DNA of 32,000 nucleotides from Nostoc sp. PCC 7120 = FACHB-418 (lineage in GTDB: Bacteria; Cyanobacteriota; Cyanobacteriia; Cyanobacteriales; Nostocaceae): NCBI RefSeq assembly GCF_000009705.1, contig NC_003272.1:1320001-1352000 (forward strand). The letters run 5' to 3'. Both the position numbers and the translations under genes were made by a program. The notes beneath the pieces were generated by a model that was given only the letters and a program-made list of their open reading frames with translations, was not told the DNA's origin and made no database searches. Each line of letters starts with the position of its first letter. Positions within the stretch are counted from its first letter, which is position 1. Shown piece by piece: positions 17,103 through 25,294 of the stretch.

Positions 17103-17490
17103 CCCTTACGATGGATTGTGCAAATTAAAAGCAGAATAGCTTACCAAAGCAAAACGACTCCCTGCATTAGCCCTAGTTGCGTTATGTTTTGCGACTGCGA
17201 TCATTTTTAATAACTTAATCACTATAGAGTAATTAAAGTTCAATAATTGCTTATATGGCTCCCTAATCATATAGAAGTTACACTGCCGGCAGATTACTCA
17301 TCCGCAATATTGCTGCTGTATTTGATGCCTATTTACAAAAGTGGTCAAATAGCGGTTTTTCCAAAGCCATTTGAAGTTTTCCCCACCTTTCTCAATCCCT
17401 ATCCCCATCAGTACGTAAGTCATACTTGCAACTGATGCCAAGATGACCAAAAACTGGTCAAATGGAGGTATAGTTACCCACACCGGAGTA

Positions 17491-18597
17491 ATGACAGACC
17501 GCGTATTAATTCTTGGAGGACGGGGGCGGATTGGTAGTAGTGTTGCTCAAGATATAGCCACCCATACCCAAGCCCAAATTACAATCACCGGACGTTCCCC
17601 AGCGTCAGAAAAGGATATTACCTTACCGTCGGGGGGAAGAATGCAGTTTTTGGTGCTAGACTTGGCAGAAGTTGACAAGTTGCGAGAGGCGATCGCCCAA
17701 TCTGATTTAGTTATCCACTGTGCCGGGCCATTTCACTACCGAGATGCCAATGTGTTGAAAATATGTATTGAACAAAGGGTTAACTATTTAGATATTAGTG
17801 ACCACCGTTCTTTTACTAGTAAGGCTCTCAAGTATCACGAGGAAGCCGTGGCTGCGGGTGTCACAGCAATTGTGAATACCGGCATTTTTCCGGGAATTTC
17901 TAACAGCATGGTGCGTCATGATGTAGAACAATTTGATGACCCAGAAAAGATACATTTAAGTTATCTGGTATCTGGCTCTGGTGGTGCTGGCATTACAGTC
18001 ATGCGGACTACTTTTTTAGGATTGCAGTATCCTTTTGAAGCTTGGTTAGAGGGAAAATGGCAGATAGTTCAACCCTATAGCGAAAGAGAAGTAGTTAAAT
18101 TCCCTCCTCCCTACAATAACAGTGGAGTTTATTGGTTTGATATGCCAGAAACTTTTACACTACCTGAAGCTTTCCCCAGTGTAAAAACAGTTATTACTAA
18201 GTTTGGCTCAGTTCCCGATTTTTATAATCATTTAACTTGGATTGCTGCTCACATTTTTCCTAAATGGTTGATGCAGCGCCGTAGCATGATTGAATTCTTG
18301 TCTCATGTTAGCCATTTCATGACAGATGTCACTAATAATTTTAGTGGTATCGGTGTGTCAGTCCGTTCAGAAGTAACGGGGATAAAAAATGGTAAGCAAG
18401 CTGTTTATTGCTCAACTTTAGTGCATGAAAATACAGCCGTTGCTTCTGGTTGTGGCACAGGCAGTATGGCACAATTTTTACTAGCAGGTAAGCTGGAAAA
18501 ACCAGGGGTTTGGCCTGTGGAAGAAGCACTATCAACGGATTTATTTTTAGAAGCTATGGCAAACCGAGGCATGAATCTTAACCATAATTGGTTATGA
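17491..18597 (+). CDS. Saccharopine dehydrogenase-like NAD(P)-binding oxidoreductase
   Basis: Rossmann motif VLILGGRGRIGSSV directly after M17 of the tracked ORF. The ATG at 17491 is preceded by GGAG; the tracked ORF starts at 17443. The fold-typical HCAGPF motif is present. Confidence 0.8.
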   Translation: MTDRVLILGGRGRIGSSVAQDIATHTQAQITITGRSPASEKDITLPSGGRMQFLVLDLAEVDKLREAIAQSDLVIHCAGPFHYRDANVLKICIEQRVNYLDISDHRSFTSKALKYHEEAVAAGVTAIVNTGIFPGISNSMVRHDVEQFDDPEKIHLSYLVSGSGGAGITVMRTTFLGLQYPFEAWLEGKWQIVQPYSEREVVKFPPPYNNSGVYWFDMPETFTLPEAFPSVKTVITKFGSVPDFYNHLTWIAAHIFPKWLMQRRSMIEFLSHVSHFMTDVTNNFSGIGVSVRSEVTGIKNGKQAVYCSTLVHENTAVASGCGTGSMAQFLLAGKLEKPGVWPVEEALSTDLFLEAMANRGMNLNHNWL

Positions 18598-18635
18598 AAA
18601 AAATCAAAATCTCAAGCACTATGATCTGCCAATAG

Positions 18636-18652
18636 GGTGGGCAATGCCCACC
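18636..18652. repeat. GGTGGGCAATGCCCACC palindrome, copy 2 of 3
   Basis: Identical 17-mer, 39 nt after the stop at 18597. Confidence 0.8.
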
Positions 18653-18894
18653 ATGCCATTAAGCATAGTTCACCCTAAATATGAGCCTCAATTTCAACTA
18701 TTATCAAGCGCAGGGTACACCAAAAGAAATTAACCCAGATTCTATAGTTTTTCTCACCGATAAGAGTACATTCTACATAACCAAAAAAAGTTATGAGATG
18801 TGTTTACATTATTTAATTTTTTCTATGTTACATATCAGCACTAATAGGGATTAATAGGAAGGTGAGAAATGCAGTTATCTTCACTGGAATCCCT

Positions 18895-19479
18895 ATGCAG
18901 TATCCACTAGAACTTACATTCAAGTTTTGGGCGTTAGCGCCGCAAATATCCGTTGCAGACGCTCAAGGTAATTTAGTTTTCTACGTCAAACAGAAACTAT
19001 TTAAGCTCAAAGAAGCCATCACCATCTTTGCAGATGTTGAGCGTACCCGTCCTCTATACTACATCAAAGCCGATCGCATCATTGATTTTTCTGCGCGCTA
19101 TGACTTCACCGATAGTAACGGTGCGAATATTGGTGCAGTCAAGCGACGCGGTTTAAAATCCTTATGGCGTGCGCGTTACGACATATTTGATGGCGATATA
19201 ACTACCTTAAATATTCAAGAGAAAAATCCTTGGGTGAAAATCGCCGACGCTTTATTTGCGGAAATTCCCATTGTCGGTATGTTCACTGGTTATGTATTTA
19301 ACCCTGTTTATTTAGTCAGTCGAACTGATGGTACAGTTGTGATGCGTTTAGAGAAAATCCCTTCCTTTCTCTCTAGAAAATTTACTATCAAACCTGTAGA
19401 TCAAGTTAGCGATCGCGAAGAGCAACAAGTTCTACTAAGCTTAATGATGATGCTTTTATTAGAACGCAATCGTGGTTAG
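18895..19479 (+). CDS. LURP-one-related / scramblase-like (tubby C-terminal-like fold) protein
   Basis: N-terminus MQYPLELTFKFWALAPQISVADAQGNLVFYVKQKLFKLKEAITIF is typical of this family. I prefer the ATG at 18895 to the tracked GTG at 18862. Confidence 0.7.
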   Translation: MQYPLELTFKFWALAPQISVADAQGNLVFYVKQKLFKLKEAITIFADVERTRPLYYIKADRIIDFSARYDFTDSNGANIGAVKRRGLKSLWRARYDIFDGDITTLNIQEKNPWVKIADALFAEIPIVGMFTGYVFNPVYLVSRTDGTVVMRLEKIPSFLSRKFTIKPVDQVSDREEQQVLLSLMMMLLLERNRG

Positions 19480-19556
19480 TGACAGAAAGAAGTCAGGAGA
19501 GGAGCCAGAAGCTAGTTATTTTACTAACCTCTCTAACCTCTCACTCATCACTACCA

Positions 19557-20498
19557 CTAACCGATTAGTCTTTGCCAACTCATCGGCCCAATAATTCCAT
19601 CGGCCAGCAAACCATTTTGTCTCTGAAATCTTTTAATTGCTGCTTCTGTCTGCGCGCCATAAATACCATCAACTTCAACTCCTACTCGGAATTGTAAGTA
19701 TCTAACCACCGGGCCACCAGCATGGTTCTGTCTGATAATTCTTTTAGCTAAAATCAGATTGATGGCATTCCATGTTGCCTCATTGACAATTCCAGTTTTC
19801 TCCAGTCCCACAATACCTTGAAATCTCTCTATAGCAAACTTTGTCTCTGTATTAAGTTGGCTATTTTCGACAAGAGATTTATTACTTCTACCAGTAATTT
19901 TGAGACGATTTAATGATTTTTGTAGTCTCAAAATACTCGTATCTATATTTTGTTCTTCATCTGGAACAGAAGGCACAGGAGTACTTGGTAATTTTCCTGT
20001 TAATCCCTTGACAATTGCATTAGCAGTTGCTTCCGGATCAAATAAATTCATGTCCTTTTGGGCATCGATAAAGCAACACTCTACCAATATTGCTGGCATA
20101 TTTGTATTACGCAAAACAAACAGGTGAGAGCCACTTTTAACCCCGCGATTAAAATATCCTAACTTAATAATTTCATCTAATACTGGTTTAGCGATTCTTC
20201 TACCATTATCACTCGCGGCAAATACTTCAGTACCGTTGGCTTGTCCATTAAAAGCATTAAAGTGTATGGAAACAAAAACCTCTACTTTATTGGCATTAGC
20301 CCTATTACATCTTTGCGAGAGAGAATCTTTAACGGAAGTAGCTCTATCTGGTTTACAAGGTATTACTTCGTGTCCTAAAGCTCTCAACTTAGATATGACT
20401 CGATTGCCTACATCTAGAGTCAGATTATCTTCAAACCTAATCCCTCTAGCTCCAGTGTCTGGTGGGCAATTGTGACCAATATCAATTCCATATCTCAT
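19557..20498 (-). CDS. N-acetylmuramoyl-L-alanine amidase (Amidase_3) with two C-terminal peptidoglycan-binding repeats; no signal peptide
   Basis: IDIGHN...DTGA, SIHFNA and ILVECCFI Zn-amidase motifs. Two PG_binding_1-like repeats (ERFQGIVGLEKTGIVNEATW and IKRFQRQNGLLADGIIGPMSW). The ATG at 20498 has a GAGGG Shine-Dalgarno; the tracked start at 20525 is a TTG. Confidence 0.88.
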   Translation of the reverse strand: MRYGIDIGHNCPPDTGARGIRFEDNLTLDVGNRVISKLRALGHEVIPCKPDRATSVKDSLSQRCNRANANKVEVFVSIHFNAFNGQANGTEVFAASDNGRRIAKPVLDEIIKLGYFNRGVKSGSHLFVLRNTNMPAILVECCFIDAQKDMNLFDPEATANAIVKGLTGKLPSTPVPSVPDEEQNIDTSILRLQKSLNRLKITGRSNKSLVENSQLNTETKFAIERFQGIVGLEKTGIVNEATWNAINLILAKRIIRQNHAGGPVVRYLQFRVGVEVDGIYGAQTEAAIKRFQRQNGLLADGIIGPMSWQRLIG

Positions 20499-20923
20499 AT
20501 GTACACCCTCAAATGATTTCCTCAATACTTCAAAACTATTGCCATTCTCGATGTTAAGTTCATAGGACTGCTATTACAGTGAACTCAGCAAATAAATCAG
20601 CAAAATACTGCTCATATAAACCATCGATTAATCCCGTATTGTAACAAAAAAATCACTACCCATAATCACTCAACAATAGTTAAAAATACAAGAAAGTAGG
20701 ATTAATTAATATTTATCCAAAACCAAAAAATTCTGTTTACGTTGGCAAGCATAACACATCTTATCAGTAGACAAATATGATTCACCTGCTTATTTATGTC
20801 TGATATAGCAATCTGATTTTTTCAAAATTATCATCAGTGTCAATTGGACAATTATATAAGATTAGATGAGAAGTTTTTATTGGAGAGAATCGCTGTTTTT
20901 GAATCAGCAAGAATTTCTTTGTA

Positions 20924-20953
20924 CGATGACCTACGATCGCCTACAGGTCATCG
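20924..20953 (-). terminator. Hairpin downstream of tyrA
   Basis: Perfect 9-bp stem CGATGACCT (20924-20932) / AGGTCATCG (20945-20953), 23 nt past the stop at 20976. There is no clear U tract. Confidence 0.4.
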
Positions 20954-20975
20954 CCACATTGAGAATGCTAAACTA

Positions 20976-21830
20976 CTAAATCTCATCCACAAAATTAGGT
21001 CTAGCTTGTTGCGTTGTTTGTAACTTGGTTTTTAAAGCTGACCAGTTTTCCTGCTTAACTAGAGCGATTAACTCATCAAGATTACGGCGATATTGTTCCA
21101 AGGCTCCCTGCAATGCTTGGCGATTGTATTGCGCCATCATCACACCTAACTCTGGATTACCACCACCGACGCGGCTAGTATCTCGAAAACCGGAACTAGC
21201 TAGGTTTTTGGCTAATTGTAAAACTTCGGAGTCAGTTTCGCTGATGCAGGCTGCAATTAAGGAGGAACTAACCATTACAGGTAAATGGGAAATCCAACTC
21301 ACAGCGCGGTCATGTTGCTCTGGCTGACAATAGTAAATCTTAGCCCCTAACGATCGCACAATTTCCTCTACAAGTGCGATCGCTCCTTTGGGTGTTGTCG
21401 GCTCTGGTGTTAACACATAGGGTCTATTAGCAAATAAATTTCTTTGGGCAGATTCTATTCCACTATCTGTTGTCCCAGCCATTGGATGACCACCGACAAA
21501 GTTTTCCCACTGAGGTGAAATCGCTTCCACTATCGGTGCTTTCACTGACCCAACATCAGTTACCACAGTAGCCTGGGGTAGATGATTAATCAACTGCTCC
21601 ACTTGGGGAACAATAAGACCGATAGGTGTACAAATAAATACAACCTCTGCGGCTGTTAATAGGCTGATGTCAACGGAGGCTTCGTCAACACTACCTAAGG
21701 AAACGGCTGTTTCACAAGTAGATCGCTTACGGCTCACACCTAAAACATGATGACCTTGCGATCGCAAATCATAACCCAATGAACCACCAATCAAGCCTAA
21801 ACCTAAAATTCCAATTTGCATTTTTGTCAT
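20976..21830 (-). CDS. tyrA: Prephenate/arogenate dehydrogenase
   Basis: N-terminal GILGLGLIGGSLG Rossmann motif, GGHPMAG catalytic motif and HDRAVSWISHLP. Confidence 0.92.
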   Translation of the reverse strand: MTKMQIGILGLGLIGGSLGYDLRSQGHHVLGVSRKRSTCETAVSLGSVDEASVDISLLTAAEVVFICTPIGLIVPQVEQLINHLPQATVVTDVGSVKAPIVEAISPQWENFVGGHPMAGTTDSGIESAQRNLFANRPYVLTPEPTTPKGAIALVEEIVRSLGAKIYYCQPEQHDRAVSWISHLPVMVSSSLIAACISETDSEVLQLAKNLASSGFRDTSRVGGGNPELGVMMAQYNRQALQGALEQYRRNLDELIALVKQENWSALKTKLQTTQQARPNFVDEI

Positions 21831-21880
21831 TAGTCAATGGTCGTTTTTAATCACGAATTAGATAAATCATGAGGTATTAG

Positions 21881-23446
21881 ATGAATGTAGAGGAATTGCT
21901 GGCACAATATGCGACTGGAGTCATCAATTTTAGTGGTGTTGACCTCTCGGAAGCTAATTTGAGTGGTGTCAAACTCTGTGGTGTGAATTTTAGCCAAGCA
22001 AATTTGAGTATAGCTAACCTGAGTGGGTCAAATTTGAGCGAAGCTGACTTTAGCCATGCCAAACTGAACGTAGCTAGACTAAGTGGTGCTAACCTCACTA
22101 ATGCTATTTTCAATCATTCCAGCCTCAATGTTGCTAATTTAATTCGTGCTGACCTCAGTCGCGCTCAATTGCGTGGGGCTTCTTTGGTACGTGCTGAGTT
22201 AATTCGTGCTGAACTCAGTCGGGTTGATTTATCTGAAGCAAACCTTAATAGTGCTGATTTGCGAGAAGCCACACTCCGCCACGCCAATCTTCGCCACGCC
22301 AATTTGAACGGAGCCAGCCTGAAAGGTGCATCCTTGGTAGGAGCCAACTTGGAAATGGCAAACCTCAATGGATCTGACTTAAGTCGTTGTGATTTAACGA
22401 GCGCCAACCTGCGGGATGCTGAACTAAAACAGGTAAACTTCCGCCATGCTAACCTTAGTGGTGCAGATTTGAGCGGGGCGAACCTCCGGTGGGCTGATTT
22501 GAGTGGTGTAAACCTGAGTTGGGCTGATTTAAGTAATGCAAAATTGAGTGGCGCTAATTTAGTCGGCGCAGACTTGAGCAATGCGAATTTAACAAACGCT
22601 AGTTTAGTCCATGCCAATTTAATTCAAGCAAAATTAATTAGAGCAGAATGGGTAGGTGCTGATTTAACCAGCGCCATTTTGACTGGTGCAAAACTTTACT
22701 CCACTTCCAGATTTGGCTTAAAAACAGAGGGTTTGATTTGTCAATGGATTGACTTAAGTCCTACAGGCGATCGCTCCATTATCCAACGGTTTGATACTGA
22801 AGATCCACGAGAATTTTTCAACGAAACCCCGCCAACCATTCAAATTATCATCGATGCAGCCTTAGAAGCAGAAGCGAACTTTGCCTTGGCTGGCGCTTAC
22901 TACCACATCGCCCAAGAATACTCAATCCTCAAACAACCCCCCAGCATGGAAATCAGTCGTCGTCGGACTGTGTTTACATTCCGGGTAGATAATGACGCGG
23001 ACTTATTACCCACAGCCTGTATGGCAATTTTACCTTTTAAAGATGCTGTTAATACCCAAAAGAATATTTATGCCCTGTTAGCCATGATGGAACAAGAAAA
23101 TATATCTTCCTTAGGAATAAAAACACCCCATCGGGTGAAGGAATTAACGAGTGCGATCGCGGAAGCTATAAATCAGGCACAGACAATGAAAAAAACCAAA
23201 AAGAACCTGCATTTAGCCTCAAAAATCAAATTTTTTCAAGCTCCAACCCAAACCATATTAACTAATTCCAGCGCTCAGACTTTAATTGTTCATGACAGCC
23301 CCAACTTTGGTAAACGATTTATCAACTCCTCAGATACCGAAATGACTTTTTTATCCGATGTATCTAGTGAATCTCTCCCACATAACCTACCTGGTTTAAA
23401 CACACTTACGGATTTTGTTAACAGTTTTCACTATGTGAATGAATAA
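21881..23446 (+). CDS. Pentapeptide-repeat protein with ~250-aa non-repeat C-terminal domain
   Basis: About 270 aa of uninterrupted A(D/N)LxX pentapeptides (ANLSGVKLCGVNFSQANLSIANLSGSNLSEADFSHAKL...), then a non-repetitive C-terminal region of unknown family. Confidence 0.9.
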   Translation: MNVEELLAQYATGVINFSGVDLSEANLSGVKLCGVNFSQANLSIANLSGSNLSEADFSHAKLNVARLSGANLTNAIFNHSSLNVANLIRADLSRAQLRGASLVRAELIRAELSRVDLSEANLNSADLREATLRHANLRHANLNGASLKGASLVGANLEMANLNGSDLSRCDLTSANLRDAELKQVNFRHANLSGADLSGANLRWADLSGVNLSWADLSNAKLSGANLVGADLSNANLTNASLVHANLIQAKLIRAEWVGADLTSAILTGAKLYSTSRFGLKTEGLICQWIDLSPTGDRSIIQRFDTEDPREFFNETPPTIQIIIDAALEAEANFALAGAYYHIAQEYSILKQPPSMEISRRRTVFTFRVDNDADLLPTACMAILPFKDAVNTQKNIYALLAMMEQENISSLGIKTPHRVKELTSAIAEAINQAQTMKKTKKNLHLASKIKFFQAPTQTILTNSSAQTLIVHDSPNFGKRFINSSDTEMTFLSDVSSESLPHNLPGLNTLTDFVNSFHYVNE

Positions 23447-23544
23447 TAAAGCAGGGGAGCAGGGGAGAGCTTTATTGCAAATTGGTTTTATTTCCCCCAT
23501 TCCTCAGTCACGATTAAACAAACTTTTGGAGGAAACAAATTGGT

Positions 23545-24126
23545 ATGTTTAACAAAATGATGGGTCGGACTCGTTATGTAGTATTTCGGTTATTTCTACA
23601 TTTAAGTGGGTCTGACATAGCGCCCATATTAGGAGAACTAAATCGGATTGCGAGAGATGCAATCAATGCTGAAGGGGAATTAGAAGTTTTAGGGGAAGGA
23701 TTGGTAGAACTATCAGAGACCCTACTGCGCTACGATGAATATTGGCTCTCTGCCGCCAATGAAGGTGATGTATTTTGGAATGAAGGGGAAGCTGGAGATT
23801 ACGTCAACGAATTATTTAGCGATTCTGCTGCCAGATACGGTGCTGATTTAGAATTAGATACTGATGACTTTGATCGCCCCCTCTCTTTGCCTGCGACACG
23901 CAACATCGTGATCATGACTACAGTGGCCTACGAAGGGGAAGTACCGGAGTTAGAAACTGATTTGGCTAATATTCAAGCGTTGCAAGAAGCTTTAAAAGCC
24001 TTGATTAATCTGCACTACAAACACAAGCTCAGAGCCATCCAAGTGCATTTCTCACCAGCACGGTTAGGAGATGAACTGAGTAATGATCAGCTATTGCAAT
24101 ATTATCCAGAGTTGATACCTTTATAA
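23545..24126 (+). CDS. Hypothetical acidic protein (possibly DUF1517-like region)
   Basis: 193-aa ORF with a GGAGGA Shine-Dalgarno upstream. The pattern LNRIA...L.E..L.LLRYDEYW recalls the conserved core of DUF1517 proteins. That is memory-based and low certainty. Confidence 0.6.
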   Translation: MFNKMMGRTRYVVFRLFLHLSGSDIAPILGELNRIARDAINAEGELEVLGEGLVELSETLLRYDEYWLSAANEGDVFWNEGEAGDYVNELFSDSAARYGADLELDTDDFDRPLSLPATRNIVIMTTVAYEGEVPELETDLANIQALQEALKALINLHYKHKLRAIQVHFSPARLGDELSNDQLLQYYPELIPL

Positions 24127-24128
24127 CC

Positions 24129-24273
24129 AGGATGTACCCATGAGAACTGAAAATCAAGGGGTTCAGGGGTATAGGGGTATAGAGGTATAGGGGAATTGTT
24201 TGAAACCCTTACACCCCTATACCCTTACACCCTTACACCCAGTCTCAACAGACAACCTGTGTGCGTAAGTCCT
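24129..24273. mobile_element. MITE-like foldback element, copy 2 (inverted relative to copy 1)
   Basis: Aligns end to end with the reverse complement of 143-277. One terminal repeat is intact (GTAAGTCCT, 24265-24273); the other is degenerate (AGGATGTAC, 24129-24137). Internal GGGGTAT/CCCTTAC-type repeats. Confidence 0.75.
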
Positions 24274-24345
24274 AGACTTGTGTGGTTGTCCGTACCTACA
24301 AACCATCAAAGAACTTGTTAAGCTCGAAAATAAGATGACAATGCC

Positions 24346-25218
24346 ATGATCATGACCATACTACGTAAAGTCACAGTAATTTTTTTAGCAGTCAGCTTAT
24401 GCTTGACAACCGTTGCTTGTGGAGGAGGAGAACAAACCAACTCTACAAATCGGAATGTAAGCCAAACTTCTGCTACTACTAAACTCAATGACGGTCAGTA
24501 TCAAGTACAACAAGCCACTTACGATGATGCTAGTGGGGAATACACCCTATTTTTGCTCAACAGTACACCCCCAACCTTTGCCACCGAAAACTTGCAAATG
24601 GCTCGCCTGACCGACGATGAAATCAAAGAAGGTAAGAAAAGTTATCTGAAGGTTGACAATGGACAACCAGTTTTATATTTGACAGAAGATTTTAAAATTG
24701 AGTACGTTCATAACGTTACCGAGAATAAAACTAATCCTCAAACCGGACAGCAAGAAACAGTTGTAGTTCGTCGGGAAAATGGCTTTTGGGCCCCCTTTGC
24801 TGGTTCTGTCGCTGGTAGTATAGCAGGTCAGGCGATCGGTAATGCCTTGTTTAGACCCCAGTACTATGTTCCCCCCGTCTATCAACCAGGTGGAGTAATT
24901 AGGGGCTTTGGTGGATATGGTAATAGTTACGACCAAGCGGTATCCAGCTACCGCAGCCGTTATAATGCGCCACCAGCAGCCGTAAGAAATCGGACGGCTT
25001 TCCGTACCACCGGAACCATTAGAAGGTCTCCTAGTTCCACTGTCCGTACTGCACCACGCACCACCACAAACCGTCCTTCTGGTTCCGGTTTTGGCGGTAG
25101 CACCTTAAGACCTTCTGGCAAATCCAGCACCACCAGACGCAGCCCTAGCGGTAGTAGTTTTGGTAGCGGACGCTCTCCTGCCCGCCGTTCAACTGGTTTC
25201 GGTTCCAGACGGCGCTAG
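24346..25218 (+). CDS. Lipoprotein with Gly-zipper hydrophobic segment and R/S/T/G/P-rich basic tail
   Basis: Signal peptide plus lipobox-like LTTVAC|GGG. Hydrophobic Gly-rich segment FWAPFAGSVAGSIAGQAIGNALF. The last ~90 aa are almost entirely R/S/T/G/P. Confidence 0.75.
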   Translation: MIMTILRKVTVIFLAVSLCLTTVACGGGEQTNSTNRNVSQTSATTKLNDGQYQVQQATYDDASGEYTLFLLNSTPPTFATENLQMARLTDDEIKEGKKSYLKVDNGQPVLYLTEDFKIEYVHNVTENKTNPQTGQQETVVVRRENGFWAPFAGSVAGSIAGQAIGNALFRPQYYVPPVYQPGGVIRGFGGYGNSYDQAVSSYRSRYNAPPAAVRNRTAFRTTGTIRRSPSSTVRTAPRTTTNRPSGSGFGGSTLRPSGKSSTTRRSPSGSSFGSGRSPARRSTGFGSRRR

Positions 25219-25254
25219 AAAATTGGGCATTAGGGACTGGAAAAACATCTGAGT

Positions 25255-25275
25255 ATGGTGGGCATTGCCCACCAT
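25255..25275. repeat. ATGGTGGGCATTGCCCACCAT palindrome, copy 3 of 3
   Basis: Variant with the centre A changed to T and a longer stem, between the convergent stops at 25218 (+) and 25295 (-). Confidence 0.8.
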
Positions 25276-25294
25276 ATCAAGGTTTCTGTCGGCA

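Noticed and set aside
17247-17483. Overlapping 62-aa (+) and 61-aa (-) ORFs upstream of the saccharopine-dehydrogenase-like gene
   Set aside because: They are mutually exclusive and AT-rich. One has a non-ATG start, and neither has a Shine-Dalgarno or a motif. They are treated as non-coding leader.
20921-20934. GTA-N8-TAC match downstream of tyrA
   Set aside because: It is embedded in the left arm of the 9-bp-stem hairpin at 20924-20953 and lies ~420 nt from the amidase start. It is better explained as part of the hairpin.
21877-22617. 78-aa and 150-aa minus-strand ORFs opposite the pentapeptide-repeat gene
   Set aside because: These are periodic antisense reading of the A(D/N)LxX repeats (…LKSAPLRLAWRKF…). 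This is a classic repeat-induced shadow ORF.
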